Source: Candidatus Magasanikiibacteriota bacterium (GTDB taxonomy: Bacteria; Patescibacteriota; Patescibacteriia; Magasanikbacterales; GWA2-37-8). Taken from it: a stretch of 64,000 bases of DNA. The notes beneath the pieces were generated by a model, which had not been told where the DNA came from, searched no databases, and saw only the letters and a program-made list of their open reading frames with translations. This document shows positions 16,465 to 26,740 of this stretch, in pieces. The first letter of the stretch is position 1; each line of letters starts with the position of its first letter. A program made the position numbers and the translations under genes. The stretch covers positions 11,654-75,653 of the forward strand of contig CALRIA010000001.1 in NCBI GenBank assembly GCA_943359595.1. Reading direction: 5' to 3'.

Positions 16465-19400
16465 ATGACAAATTTATTAAAATTAGGTAAAAAGATCTTT
16501 ACCGTTGGCGTTGTCGCCACAACTATCTTTTGGTCCTTGGGTGTTGCCGCATTGGTACCAGCTGTAGCTAACGCTGCAACTGAAACTGATTGTGCTACAT
16601 TGATGGCCGGAGATTTGGTAAAAACTTCAGTTTCCCCAGTTATCTACGCTGTTAACGCTGACAAGACAAAATCTTATTTCCCACAAGGTGATAGTTTCAA
16701 ATCTTGGACTGCTGATAATAAATATACATACAAACTTATCGCTCAATCATGTTTGTCTTCTTTGAAGTCTGCAACTGCAGTTTTACCTCGTCCAGGTACT
16801 TACTTGGTAAAGGAACAAGCTGCTGATGCTGTATACATGGTATTGCCAGGCAACAAATTGGCAGAATTATCTGCTGAAGCTGCCAAAGCTTTATATGGTA
16901 CAAATTACATGGCTATGCCAGCAAAAGGTGGCCATACTATTACTATGGATGACCCATCTTGGACTTTTTATTCTCAGCTCCAGGTTGGTGGTTTCGGTGT
17001 TAAAATCACTGAATCTCTACCTACTGCCGGCGCTTTGGTAAAAGTTGGTGCTACTTACTATGTGGTTGGTGCTAACAAAGTTTTGAGTGAAGTAACTGCA
17101 ACTGGTTTGACAGCTAACCGCTTCCAAACTAAGTTTGCACATGTTTTGACTGCTACTACTGGTTTCACAATGAGTGCTGCTAAAGTAGAAGCTCAAGATG
17201 CTGTTTTAACTGATCGCACACAGGGTGCTGCAGGTCCTGTAGGAGGAACTTCTACTACACCAGCTGTTCCAGCTGGCGCATTGACTGTTTCTTTGTCTGC
17301 TGATACTGCTGCTGCTACTACTTTATCTGCTTCTACTGTTTACAACAATGTCTTGACTATCAAGCTTTCTGCTGGAAGTGAAGGCGCAACTGTAAATGGT
17401 TTGACAGTAAAGAAAGCTGGTTTGGTTCTTAACTCCAATATCAGTGGTGTTAGTGTTTGGGTAAACGGATATCGCAAAGGTGATGTAATGTCATCTTTCA
17501 ATTCTGACAACAAAGTGTCTGTTGGTTTTACAAATTCTGCTATCGTTATCCCAGCCAACGGCTTTGTATTGGTGTCTGTTGCTTTCAACTTGGGTAGTGG
17601 TGCTACTGGTGGTACTGTTGCCGCTCAGATCGCTGCTGCTACTGATATTGATACCAAGGCTTCTGTGGGTGGTACTTTCCCAATAACTGGGAATACCTTT
17701 GGTTTAACTGACGGTTCTGCAACTTTGGCTTCTGTCACAATTGTAGGTCAATCTGTTGGTGGTCAATCTGCTGAGCCAGTGTCTGGTGATACTGGTCAGA
17801 TGGAAATTGGTCAAACCAAAGAAGTTGCCAAATTCAAATTTACTGAAGCTGGTACTAACGATGCTACTATTGAGAAATTAACTTTCTTCGTAGCAGGTAC
17901 TGTTAAAGAGAAAGATCTCCAAAATTTTGAGCTCTATGCTCCAGATAACAGTTTGTTAGGTTCAGCCGCTTCAGTTTCTGATCGTTATTTGACTATAAAT
18001 TTGAAGGCTCCATATAAACTACCAAAAGGTACTAATCGTACTTTGACTTTGAAGGCTACCGCAATGGATGGTTCTGGAAACTGGTTCCAACTACAATTGC
18101 AGAGTGATTCAGATGTAATGGTAAAAGATGGTGGAAATTCTTTCTATGTATTGCCACTTGATTCTGATGGTGGTGCATGGTCTGCTGCAACTTCTACCAC
18201 TGGTTATTTCAAATTGAAATCCGGTGCTTTAACTGTAACAAAGAGCACTGATTCTCCATCAGCAAATTTGGCTAAAGGTTCTACTAATGTATTACTTGCT
18301 AAATTTGACGTCAAAGCTGTCGGTGAAGCTGTAGAAGTACGTAAATTACAAGTTACTGTTGTAACTACTACAGCTACTGCTACTAAATTAGCAGGAAACT
18401 TGAAAGTGGTTGTAGATGGTTCTACGATTTTGACTCAAGCTGCTTCAGCTGCTAGTTTGTATTCTGGCTTGTCTGGTCCTACTCAATATACTCTGTCTCA
18501 ATATGTGACTATTAAATCTGGAGAGACCAAAGTATTTGAAGTATATGGTGATATTGATGCAGCTGCTGCAGCTACTTCAGCATATCAAATCAAGATCGGT
18601 AAGGCTTATGTTAAGAGATTATCCACTTTGGATTTCCAAGACAACCAACCTAACGATATTTATGCTGCTAATTCTTTGTCTCTTGGTGGTAACACTCCAA
18701 GTATTGCCAAAGATACTTCTTTAGGTAATAAAACACTTGCTCCAGGTGGAAGTGCACAGGTTCTTGGCCGTTGGGTAATAAAAGCTCCAGAGGCTGAAGA
18801 AATTGATGTAACTGCTTTGAACATTTCTTTTGCAAATAGTGGCTTGACTGTAGCTACATATTTGCAGAATCTTGCTCTATATAGCGGTGACGTTCAACTC
18901 GGTGCCTCTGTTAGTGTAGTTGCTTCTACTTCAAATTCATTCACCTTTACTTTGAATGTTCCAAAGAACGTTACTAAAGATTTGACTTTGAAAGGTACTA
19001 TTATTGGTTCTGCTTTAACTGATAAAACCGTTTCAACTACTATTTCTAGTTTGACCTATGTTGGTAAAACTTCAAATAGTTCAACTGATGATACTACTGG
19101 TTATGCAGGTCAACAGAACACTATCAATAGTGCTACTGTTGCTATGACTGCAGCTTCTGATGGTACTACACAATCAAAAGTGTTGTTACCATCTGCCTCT
19201 CAGGTTCAACTTGGTAAATGGAAAGTAACTGTTACTAACCAAGATGTTGTATATAACAAATTAAGATTATATACGGTTGAGTCCACAACTACTCTTGATA
19301 CATCTGCTGGTAACTTTGGTTCTTTGTCTCTCTACGAAGCAGGCAAGGAAACTACTCCTTTGGCTACAGGATCCTACTTGCCAGGTTCTGGTAACGGTTA

Positions 19401-20250
19401 TGTAGAATTTACTGGTATGAACTGGACTGTTCCAGCTGATTCTGTAAAATATCTAGTATTAAAAGGTCCAGTTAATGGTTCTGGTACTATGGATACAGCT
19501 AGCTACAATGCATGGACATTGGGTGCTACTAGTACAACCAACTTGGATATACTTGCCGGTGGTAGTAATATCTCCACTAATGTTACTGTCACTAGTCCAA
19601 CTTCTACTTTCTACTTGTTCCACAATTCTTCTCCAAAGATTGTTAAGAATAATATTGGTACAAGTTTGGGTTTAAACAGTCAAGCACAAATATTCTCTTA
19701 CACTGTTTATAACAATGGTGATCGTGAATTAACTCTTGCTACTTCTTCTGTATATGTGAGTGTTAGTGGTTTGACAGGTACTGCTTCTGCTACTGGTACT
19801 ATTAGCTCATTCAAATTATGGAATGCTGATGCTGCTGGTGTGATGGGAACAAACCTAGCTTCCGCTAGTACAGCTTTTGGTCAGATGTGTTTGGGTGGTC
19901 AAGTTGATCTTACTGCTGGTTGTGCTGCACAAAATTCTACTACTACTGTTTTTGGTGGTTTTAGTGAAACTGTCACTGTACCTGCTGGTGGTTCTCGATC
20001 CTTCGTTGTTACTGCTGATACTACTGATGTATTAGATGGTAAATCACAAGGTACTGTATCTGTATCCGCTATGTTTGATGGCGCTATTGGATATAGTAAC
20101 GCAGTTACATCTGGTCAAAGTGAAACTCATTGGGGTGTTGGTAAGTTATTATACTTCTACACACCAGTTGGTGGATCTGTAAATGGCACTGCTTATGGTG
20201 CTTCTGACTCTTATGATGTAGTAGGCGATACCTTGACTCGCTCTGCATAA
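16465..20250 (+). CDS. Large secreted S-layer-like surface protein
   Basis: Signal peptide (ANA-A); three N-terminal G-x-L-V-K...Y modules; Thr/Ser/Ala/Gly-rich beta-sandwich repeats; strong high-expression codon bias. Confidence 0.75.
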   Translation: MTNLLKLGKKIFTVGVVATTIFWSLGVAALVPAVANAATETDCATLMAGDLVKTSVSPVIYAVNADKTKSYFPQGDSFKSWTADNKYTYKLIAQSCLSSLKSATAVLPRPGTYLVKEQAADAVYMVLPGNKLAELSAEAAKALYGTNYMAMPAKGGHTITMDDPSWTFYSQLQVGGFGVKITESLPTAGALVKVGATYYVVGANKVLSEVTATGLTANRFQTKFAHVLTATTGFTMSAAKVEAQDAVLTDRTQGAAGPVGGTSTTPAVPAGALTVSLSADTAAATTLSASTVYNNVLTIKLSAGSEGATVNGLTVKKAGLVLNSNISGVSVWVNGYRKGDVMSSFNSDNKVSVGFTNSAIVIPANGFVLVSVAFNLGSGATGGTVAAQIAAATDIDTKASVGGTFPITGNTFGLTDGSATLASVTIVGQSVGGQSAEPVSGDTGQMEIGQTKEVAKFKFTEAGTNDATIEKLTFFVAGTVKEKDLQNFELYAPDNSLLGSAASVSDRYLTINLKAPYKLPKGTNRTLTLKATAMDGSGNWFQLQLQSDSDVMVKDGGNSFYVLPLDSDGGAWSAATSTTGYFKLKSGALTVTKSTDSPSANLAKGSTNVLLAKFDVKAVGEAVEVRKLQVTVVTTTATATKLAGNLKVVVDGSTILTQAASAASLYSGLSGPTQYTLSQYVTIKSGETKVFEVYGDIDAAAAATSAYQIKIGKAYVKRLSTLDFQDNQPNDIYAANSLSLGGNTPSIAKDTSLGNKTLAPGGSAQVLGRWVIKAPEAEEIDVTALNISFANSGLTVATYLQNLALYSGDVQLGASVSVVASTSNSFTFTLNVPKNVTKDLTLKGTIIGSALTDKTVSTTISSLTYVGKTSNSSTDDTTGYAGQQNTINSATVAMTAASDGTTQSKVLLPSASQVQLGKWKVTVTNQDVVYNKLRLYTVESTTTLDTSAGNFGSLSLYEAGKETTPLATGSYLPGSGNGYVEFTGMNWTVPADSVKYLVLKGPVNGSGTMDTASYNAWTLGATSTTNLDILAGGSNISTNVTVTSPTSTFYLFHNSSPKIVKNNIGTSLGLNSQAQIFSYTVYNNGDRELTLATSSVYVSVSGLTGTASATGTISSFKLWNADAAGVMGTNLASASTAFGQMCLGGQVDLTAGCAAQNSTTTVFGGFSETVTVPAGGSRSFVVTADTTDVLDGKSQGTVSVSAMFDGAIGYSNAVTSGQSETHWGVGKLLYFYTPVGGSVNGTAYGASDSYDVVGDTLTRSA

Positions 20251-20297
20251 TGGGTGAACGTTCACTTTTAGTGCATTTCGGTTAACACAATCGAAGC

Positions 20298-20326
20298 AAA
20301 ACCCACCCTTTCCGGGGTGGGTTTTT
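20298..20326 (+). terminator. Intrinsic terminator
   Basis: aaaacccaccc-tttccg-gggtgggttttt. Confidence 0.85.
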
Positions 20327-20400
20327 GTTTGTTGACGTCTTTATCCAATAATAGTATACTTTGTAGGTATAAAAATTATATCTTACTATAAATTGTGTTT

Positions 20401-22467
20401 ATGAAAGAAAAAATTGAACAGCTCATTAAGTGGTTGATTTATGCGGTTTTCTTTGTACCGTTGCTTGTTTTTCCAAGCTCTTATATTTTTCCATTTATTG
20501 TACCAAAGATTATTTTTTTTCGCTCCTTAGTAGAAATAATGACAGTATTGTATGTTTTGTTGTTGATCATTAATTGGCAGCAATATAAACCAAAATTTAA
20601 CTACTTAAACGTTGCAGTGTTTTTATTTTTATTAAGTTTTGCGGTCTCTACGTTTGTTGGTACGGATATATATCATAGTTTCTGGGATAACCATGAACGT
20701 ATGTTAGGGTTGTTTACTTTGTTGCATTACGTTGCTTTTTATTTTATTTGTGCGGGTGTTTTAAGAAATTGGAAAGATTGGAAATGGGCTAGTAGAATAT
20801 TTTTGATAGGTGGTTTTTTTGTAATGTTTATTGCCTGGTTACAAACTCAGATATCTGACCTGCTGTTAAATGGTGGAGCAACGCGTGTGAGTAGTACTTT
20901 AGGAAATCCAATTTACGTTGGTGGTTATGGTTTGTTTTTACTTTTCCTATCTGTGCTATTGTTGAGTTGCGAAAAAAATAATTTTTGGAAATGGTTTTAT
21001 GGGGTAGTTGGTTTTTTTGGTTTCATGGGAATGTTTTGGAGTGGGAATCGCGGTACTATGCTAGGGTTGGTTGCTGGGGTAGCTTTTGCTTTAGTTGCCT
21101 ATATTATAGTATTAAAAAAATATCCTAAAATACGATATGGTTTGTTGACACTAACGATGCTAGGAATATTATCTATTTCTTTGTTATATACTTTTAAACA
21201 TACATCTTTTGTGCAAAATTTACCGGCTATTGGTAGAGCAGTTAACACTTCTTTTGAAGATATAAAAACCAGTCCTAGATGGATTGCTTGGGAAATAGCT
21301 ATAGAAAGCTGGGAAGAAAAGCCAATTTTTGGTTGGGGTCCAAATAATTATTTCTATGCTTTTAATGAACATTACCAATCCAAGTCACTAGATTTTGGGT
21401 ATGGTGAAACCTGGTTTGATAATGCACATAATATTGTATTAAATACTTTGGCAGTACAGGGTGCTTTTGGGTTATTGACTTATTTTAGTGTGTTTATAGT
21501 AGCGCTTGTTGGTTTGGTTATGGCGTATCGCAAAAAATCAATTGATTTTAATTTTATGATAATTGGTGGTGCGTTTGTGGTGGCGCATTTTATTAGTGTT
21601 GTTACTGTGTTTGAAGATCCAACTTCTTATATTTATTTAATGTTTTGGTTAGCGTTAATTAGTGTTTTGTCATTTAATCCAAATGGTGCTTTAGTTGAAC
21701 CTGTTAAAAAAATGGCCTCAACTATTATAAATCAGGATAATAAAATTGGTAATGGTTTAATTATTGGAACTGTAGTGTTTGGTATTTTTGTAGTTTTTAT
21801 TTTTAATATTCAGCCAGCTCGTGCTAACCAAAAAACTTTAGATGCTATACGTACTTTGATGTCTGATCCAGTAATTGGTATGCCTGTGGCAAAAGAGGCT
21901 TTGGAGTTTACATCTCCTCACATAGATGATATTCGCAATGATATTGGTCGTACGGTGTCGCAGTCATTAAATGCTGGGTGGCAGAAGATAGGCAAAGAAA
22001 AATCAAATGAGCTGTTATCGTTAGCTACCGATAATGTAGAAAAAAATTTGATTTTACATCCTTTAGATATTCGCAATCAATTGGCATTAGCTCAGATGTA
22101 TCAGTTGGGGGCGATTATGAACAATAACGCTATGTATGCTATTAAGGCTGAAAGTGTGCTTGAGGATGCTTTAAAAAAATCACCAAAAAGACAGCAGATT
22201 ATTTATAGTTTATCTGGTATAAAACTGCAATTAAACAAATCTGCTGAAGCGATAAAAATGTTGGAAGAGGCCATATCAGACAATCCTAGAATAGGTGAAA
22301 GTTATTGGAGATTGGCCTATGCATATAAGGTAAGTGATCAGGAACAAAAAGCTGTAGAATTAATAAAAATATCTCAAGACAGAGGTGTCAAATTTACTGA
22401 GCAAGAACAAGGAATTATCAGTCAATTTAATTTGGTGGTTAGTACTAGTAGCATAAAAAAGAGGTAA
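20401..22467 (+). CDS. O-antigen ligase-family (Wzy_C) oligosaccharyltransferase with C-terminal TPR
   Basis: ~12 TM; STLGNP, SGNRG, PIFGWGPNNY, DNAHN motifs; TPR-like C-terminus. Confidence 0.88.
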   Translation: MKEKIEQLIKWLIYAVFFVPLLVFPSSYIFPFIVPKIIFFRSLVEIMTVLYVLLLIINWQQYKPKFNYLNVAVFLFLLSFAVSTFVGTDIYHSFWDNHERMLGLFTLLHYVAFYFICAGVLRNWKDWKWASRIFLIGGFFVMFIAWLQTQISDLLLNGGATRVSSTLGNPIYVGGYGLFLLFLSVLLLSCEKNNFWKWFYGVVGFFGFMGMFWSGNRGTMLGLVAGVAFALVAYIIVLKKYPKIRYGLLTLTMLGILSISLLYTFKHTSFVQNLPAIGRAVNTSFEDIKTSPRWIAWEIAIESWEEKPIFGWGPNNYFYAFNEHYQSKSLDFGYGETWFDNAHNIVLNTLAVQGAFGLLTYFSVFIVALVGLVMAYRKKSIDFNFMIIGGAFVVAHFISVVTVFEDPTSYIYLMFWLALISVLSFNPNGALVEPVKKMASTIINQDNKIGNGLIIGTVVFGIFVVFIFNIQPARANQKTLDAIRTLMSDPVIGMPVAKEALEFTSPHIDDIRNDIGRTVSQSLNAGWQKIGKEKSNELLSLATDNVEKNLILHPLDIRNQLALAQMYQLGAIMNNNAMYAIKAESVLEDALKKSPKRQQIIYSLSGIKLQLNKSAEAIKMLEEAISDNPRIGESYWRLAYAYKVSDQEQKAVELIKISQDRGVKFTEQEQGIISQFNLVVSTSSIKKR

Positions 22468-22471
22468 TGAT

Positions 22472-23251
22472 ATGAAATTTAGTGATTTACTTAGATTGCC
22501 AGAAACAAAAACAATATTAAGTTTGAACGACGTGTCAACTACTTTGTTGCATGCAAAGATTATTAAAAATAAAGTATTCCTTAAACGAATATATACAGAT
22601 TTTTATCAATATTTTAATAATCTAGTTTCTAGCAATACAGGGGAAAGATGTTTGGTTGAATTAGGAAGTGGAGGTGGGTTTATTAAAGAAATTATTTCAG
22701 ATGTAATTACCTCTGATATTATTGCTCTGCCCAATATAGATAGACAATTTTCCGCATTAAAAATGCCTTTTGAAAAAAATACGGTTGATGCATTTCTAAT
22801 GATCAATGTGTTGCATCATGTGGATGATTCTATGTCGTTTTTCAAAGAGGTGGATAGATGTCTTAAGATTGGGGGTAAAATAATCATGGTAGAGCCTGCC
22901 AATACTTTGTTTGGACGTTTCATTTATAAAAATTTTCATCACGAATTATTTGATCCTTCTGGTGATTGGGGTTTTGAAAGTGGGGGGCCGCTTTCTTCGG
23001 CAAATGGAGCGATTCCTTGGATAATTTTTTATCGTGATAGACAAAAATTTGAAAAAGAGTTTCCAAATTTAAAAATCAAACAATTAGTTTCTCACACACC
23101 TTTTAGGTATCTAATAAGTGGCGGAATTTCGATGCGGCAACTACTACCATCTTTTATGTATAATTTTGTAAAAATATTTGAAAGCATCTTAACTCCTCTT
23201 AATAATTATTTAGGTATGTTTGTTAGCATTGAAATAGAGAAAGTTGCTTGA
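22472..23251 (+). CDS. Class I SAM-dependent methyltransferase
   Basis: VELGSGGG, NVLHHV, LKIGGKIIMVEP. Confidence 0.88.
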   Translation: MKFSDLLRLPETKTILSLNDVSTTLLHAKIIKNKVFLKRIYTDFYQYFNNLVSSNTGERCLVELGSGGGFIKEIISDVITSDIIALPNIDRQFSALKMPFEKNTVDAFLMINVLHHVDDSMSFFKEVDRCLKIGGKIIMVEPANTLFGRFIYKNFHHELFDPSGDWGFESGGPLSSANGAIPWIIFYRDRQKFEKEFPNLKIKQLVSHTPFRYLISGGISMRQLLPSFMYNFVKIFESILTPLNNYLGMFVSIEIEKVA

Positions 23252-23300
23252 ATAATTCATTGTATATAGGATTATTTTGGTAAGTTGTAAAATTTTTTTT

Positions 23301-24329
23301 ATGAAAAAAGCATTGATTACAGGTATTACCGGCCAAGATGGCTCATATTTAACAGAGTTTTTAATGGCAAAAGGCTATGAAGTTCATGGTATAATTCGTC
23401 GTTCCAGTAGCTTTAATACCGCTCGATTGGAGCATATTTATAGGGATCCGCATGAAGTTGGTGTACGTTTAAAGATGCATTATGGTGATCTAACAGATGG
23501 TAGTAATTTAGATCGCATTTTAGACAAAGTTCAGCCAAATGAAATTTATAATTTGGGTGCACAAAGCCATGTAAAAGTCAGTTTTGAAATTCCTGAATAT
23601 ACGGCTGATACAGACGGACTTGGTACTTTGCGTTTATTAGATGCAATTCGTGGTACTGGATTAAAAACAAAATTTTATCAAGCTGGTTCATCAGAAATGT
23701 TTGGAAAAGTTCTGGAGACTCCACAAAAAGAAACGACACCGTTTTACCCACGAAGTCCATATGCCTGTGCCAAAGTTTTTGCACACAATATTGCGATAAA
23801 TTATCGCGAGGCTTACAACATGTTTGTATGTAATGGTATTTTATTTAATCATGAATCTTCACGTCGCGGTGGTACATTTGTAACAAAAAAAATCATTGAT
23901 TCTTTTGCTAAAATTAAAACTGGGCAACAAGAAAAATTATATCTCGGCAATCTAGACGCTAGACGTGATTGGGGTTATGCAAAAGATTATGTCGAAGTAA
24001 TGTGGTTAATGCTGCAACAAGAAAAACCAGATGATTTTGTGATTGCCACAGGTGAAACGCATAGTGTGCGTGAATTTGCCGAAGAATCTGCGAATTATTT
24101 TGGTTTTGATCTGATTTGGGAAGGTAGTGGGTTGGAAGAAAAAGGCAAAGATAAAAAAACTGGTAAAATTTTAATTGAGATAGATCGTGAATACTTTCGT
24201 CCAGCAGAGGTGGAATTTTTGCTTGGAGATGCAAGCAAGGCAAAGAAAATCTTGGGATGGAGTCCAAAAGTAAAGTTCCATGAATTGGTCAAAATAATGG
24301 CCGAAGAAGGACTAAATGTTTTTAAATAA
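23301..24329 (+). CDS. gmd: GDP-mannose 4,6-dehydratase
   Basis: [48 protein letters not shown]. Confidence 0.97.
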   Translation: MKKALITGITGQDGSYLTEFLMAKGYEVHGIIRRSSSFNTARLEHIYRDPHEVGVRLKMHYGDLTDGSNLDRILDKVQPNEIYNLGAQSHVKVSFEIPEYTADTDGLGTLRLLDAIRGTGLKTKFYQAGSSEMFGKVLETPQKETTPFYPRSPYACAKVFAHNIAINYREAYNMFVCNGILFNHESSRRGGTFVTKKIIDSFAKIKTGQQEKLYLGNLDARRDWGYAKDYVEVMWLMLQQEKPDDFVIATGETHSVREFAEESANYFGFDLIWEGSGLEEKGKDKKTGKILIEIDREYFRPAEVEFLLGDASKAKKILGWSPKVKFHELVKIMAEEGLNVFK

Positions 24330-24337
24330 ATGGAATA

Positions 24338-25300
24338 ATGTTTATGATAGCCAAGACAGCTAAAATATTTATCGCTGGACACAAGGGGTTGGTGGGGTCT
24401 GCTTTAGTTCGTTGTTTGCAAAATCAAGGATATAATAATTTGGTTTTACGCACGCACGCAGAATTGGATCTGCTTCATCAATCAGCAGTGTCGAATTTTT
24501 TTACTATAGAAAAACCAGAGTACGTTTTTTTAGCTGCGGCTAAAGTTGGTGGTATTTTGTCTAACAATACTTATCCTGCGGACCATATTTATGAAAATTT
24601 AGAAATTCAAAATAACATTATCCATCAGTCATATAAAAATGGTGTTAAAAAGTTATTATTTTTGGGATCTTCTTGTATTTTTCCGCGCCTTTGCCCACAA
24701 CCTATGAAAGAGGAATATTTATTGACAGGACTATTAGAACCAACTAATGAACCGTATGCATTGGCCAAGATTGCTGGAATAAAAATGTGTCAGAGCTATA
24801 ATCGTCAGTATGGTACAAATTTTATCGCGGCCATGCCTACCAATTTATATGGTCCAAATGATAACTTTGATCTAGATACTTCACACGTTTTCCCAGGGTT
24901 TGTTAGAAAATTTCTTGAAGCCAAAGAACATGAAGATAAACAAATAATCATTTGGGGTACAGGAGTAGCTAGAAGAGAATTTTTGCATGTTGATGATATG
25001 GCAGATGGTTGTTTGTTTTTGATGAATAATTTTGATCCTACGAAAGAGCAGAATGAAAAAGGTGAAATTTTTTTTAATTTAGGTACCGGTAATGATATTA
25101 GTATAAAAGAACTGGCGGAGTTGTTTAAAAAAATCATTGGATATAATGGGGAGATTACTTGGGATAAATCCAAACCAGACGGCATGCCTCAAAAATTACA
25201 GGATATGACAAAAATGCATGCACTTGGTTGGAAACACAAAGTTGATTTAGAAGAGGGAATTAAATTAATGTATGATTGGTTTAAAGATAACCATAAATAA
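24338..25300 (+). CDS. fcl: GDP-L-fucose synthase
   Basis: AGHKGLVGSA, AAAKVGGI, LGSSCIFP, LEPTNEPYALAKIAG, MPTNLYGPNDNF. Confidence 0.96.
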   Translation: MFMIAKTAKIFIAGHKGLVGSALVRCLQNQGYNNLVLRTHAELDLLHQSAVSNFFTIEKPEYVFLAAAKVGGILSNNTYPADHIYENLEIQNNIIHQSYKNGVKKLLFLGSSCIFPRLCPQPMKEEYLLTGLLEPTNEPYALAKIAGIKMCQSYNRQYGTNFIAAMPTNLYGPNDNFDLDTSHVFPGFVRKFLEAKEHEDKQIIIWGTGVARREFLHVDDMADGCLFLMNNFDPTKEQNEKGEIFFNLGTGNDISIKELAELFKKIIGYNGEITWDKSKPDGMPQKLQDMTKMHALGWKHKVDLEEGIKLMYDWFKDNHK

Positions 25301-25309
25301 ATTTATCTT

Positions 25310-26722
25310 ATGAATAAAGAATCAATTACTGAGCATTTCGACCTAACTGCCACTCGAAGAGATGAGTGGAGAAATAAAAATAAATACTATCATCAGGAAA
25401 TAAAATCTTTGTTAAAATTTTTAATTCCAGAAAATTCTAAAGTTTTGGAAATTGGATGTTCTACCGGCGATGTTTTGGCTGAGCTAAAACCTGTTTATGG
25501 CGTTGGTCTTGATATTAGTGCTGAAACCGTTTCTGTTGCCAGAAAAAAGTATCCACATCTAACTTTTTTAGTGGCTGATGCCGAACATTTTGATATGGCT
25601 GAAAAATTTGATTATGTAGTTTTAACTGATGTGGTTGGTTTTTTTAAAGATGTGCAGTCATCATTTGAACAATTACAAAAAGTTAGTCATAGTCGAACAA
25701 AAATAATTATTACTTATTATAATTTTCTTTGGGAACCAGTTATGATGGCGGCGGATAAATTGTCCTTGAAAATGAAAAATCCCGTACAAAATTGGTTGTC
25801 AAAAGAGGATTTGATCAATTTACTTTATTTAACTAAATTTGAAGTAATAAAAAGTGGAGAAAGATTGTTATTCCCAAAGTATTTTCCTCTGCTGTCTTCT
25901 TTTTTAAATCATTTTTTAGCAAAATTACCTTTATTTAGAAAATTATGTGTGGTAAATTTTTTAGTTGCTAGGCCAGTTCCGTTGATGCATCCTCTGCTGG
26001 CTGAACCTTCTGTTACGGTTGTTATACCTGCAAGAAATGAAAAGGGAAATATAGAAGCAGCCGTACAGCGATTGCCAAAATTAGGTTCACATACAGAAAT
26101 TATTTTTGTAGAAGGTCATTCTTCAGATAATACATTTTTAGAAATTGAAAGGGTTAAGAACGCTTATCCATCTTTAGATATTAAATCCATGATTCAAGAT
26201 GGTAAGGGCAAAGGTGATGCTGTCCGCAAAGGATTTGATGCGGCCACTGGCGATATTTTAATGATTTTAGATGCTGATCTGACAGTTAAACCGGAAGAAT
26301 TGCCAAAATTTTATAAAGCGATCACTTCTGGAGCTGGAGAATTCATAAATGGATCTAGATTAGTATATCAATTGGAAGATCAATCAATGCGCTTGTTGAA
26401 TATTTTTGGCAATAAATTTTTTAGTATAATGTTTAGCTGGCTTTTAGATCAGAGATTAAAGGATACTCTTTGTGGTACTAAAGTTATTTGGAAAGACGAT
26501 TATCAAAAAGTAAAAATTGGTAGGTCTTTTTTTGGTGATTTTGATCCTTTTGGTGATTATGATTTATTATTTGGGGCTTCGAAATTAAATTTAAAGATCA
26601 TTGATTTGCCAATTCGCTATCAAGCAAGAACATATGGCACCACCAATATTTCACGTTTTAGTCATGGTTGGTTGTTACTTAAAATGTGTTTTTTTGCCAT
26701 GAAAAAGATTAAATTTATTTAA
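25310..26722 (+). CDS. Fused SAM-methyltransferase + GT2 (polyprenol-phosphate glycosyltransferase-like)
   Basis: N-terminal VLEIGCSTG; C-terminal IPARNE, GKGDAVRKG, ILDADL, DTLCGTK. Confidence 0.88.
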   Translation: MNKESITEHFDLTATRRDEWRNKNKYYHQEIKSLLKFLIPENSKVLEIGCSTGDVLAELKPVYGVGLDISAETVSVARKKYPHLTFLVADAEHFDMAEKFDYVVLTDVVGFFKDVQSSFEQLQKVSHSRTKIIITYYNFLWEPVMMAADKLSLKMKNPVQNWLSKEDLINLLYLTKFEVIKSGERLLFPKYFPLLSSFLNHFLAKLPLFRKLCVVNFLVARPVPLMHPLLAEPSVTVVIPARNEKGNIEAAVQRLPKLGSHTEIIFVEGHSSDNTFLEIERVKNAYPSLDIKSMIQDGKGKGDAVRKGFDAATGDILMILDADLTVKPEELPKFYKAITSGAGEFINGSRLVYQLEDQSMRLLNIFGNKFFSIMFSWLLDQRLKDTLCGTKVIWKDDYQKVKIGRSFFGDFDPFGDYDLLFGASKLNLKIIDLPIRYQARTYGTTNISRFSHGWLLLKMCFFAMKKIKFI

Positions 26723-26740
26723 TTTCTTTATTATAATTTT

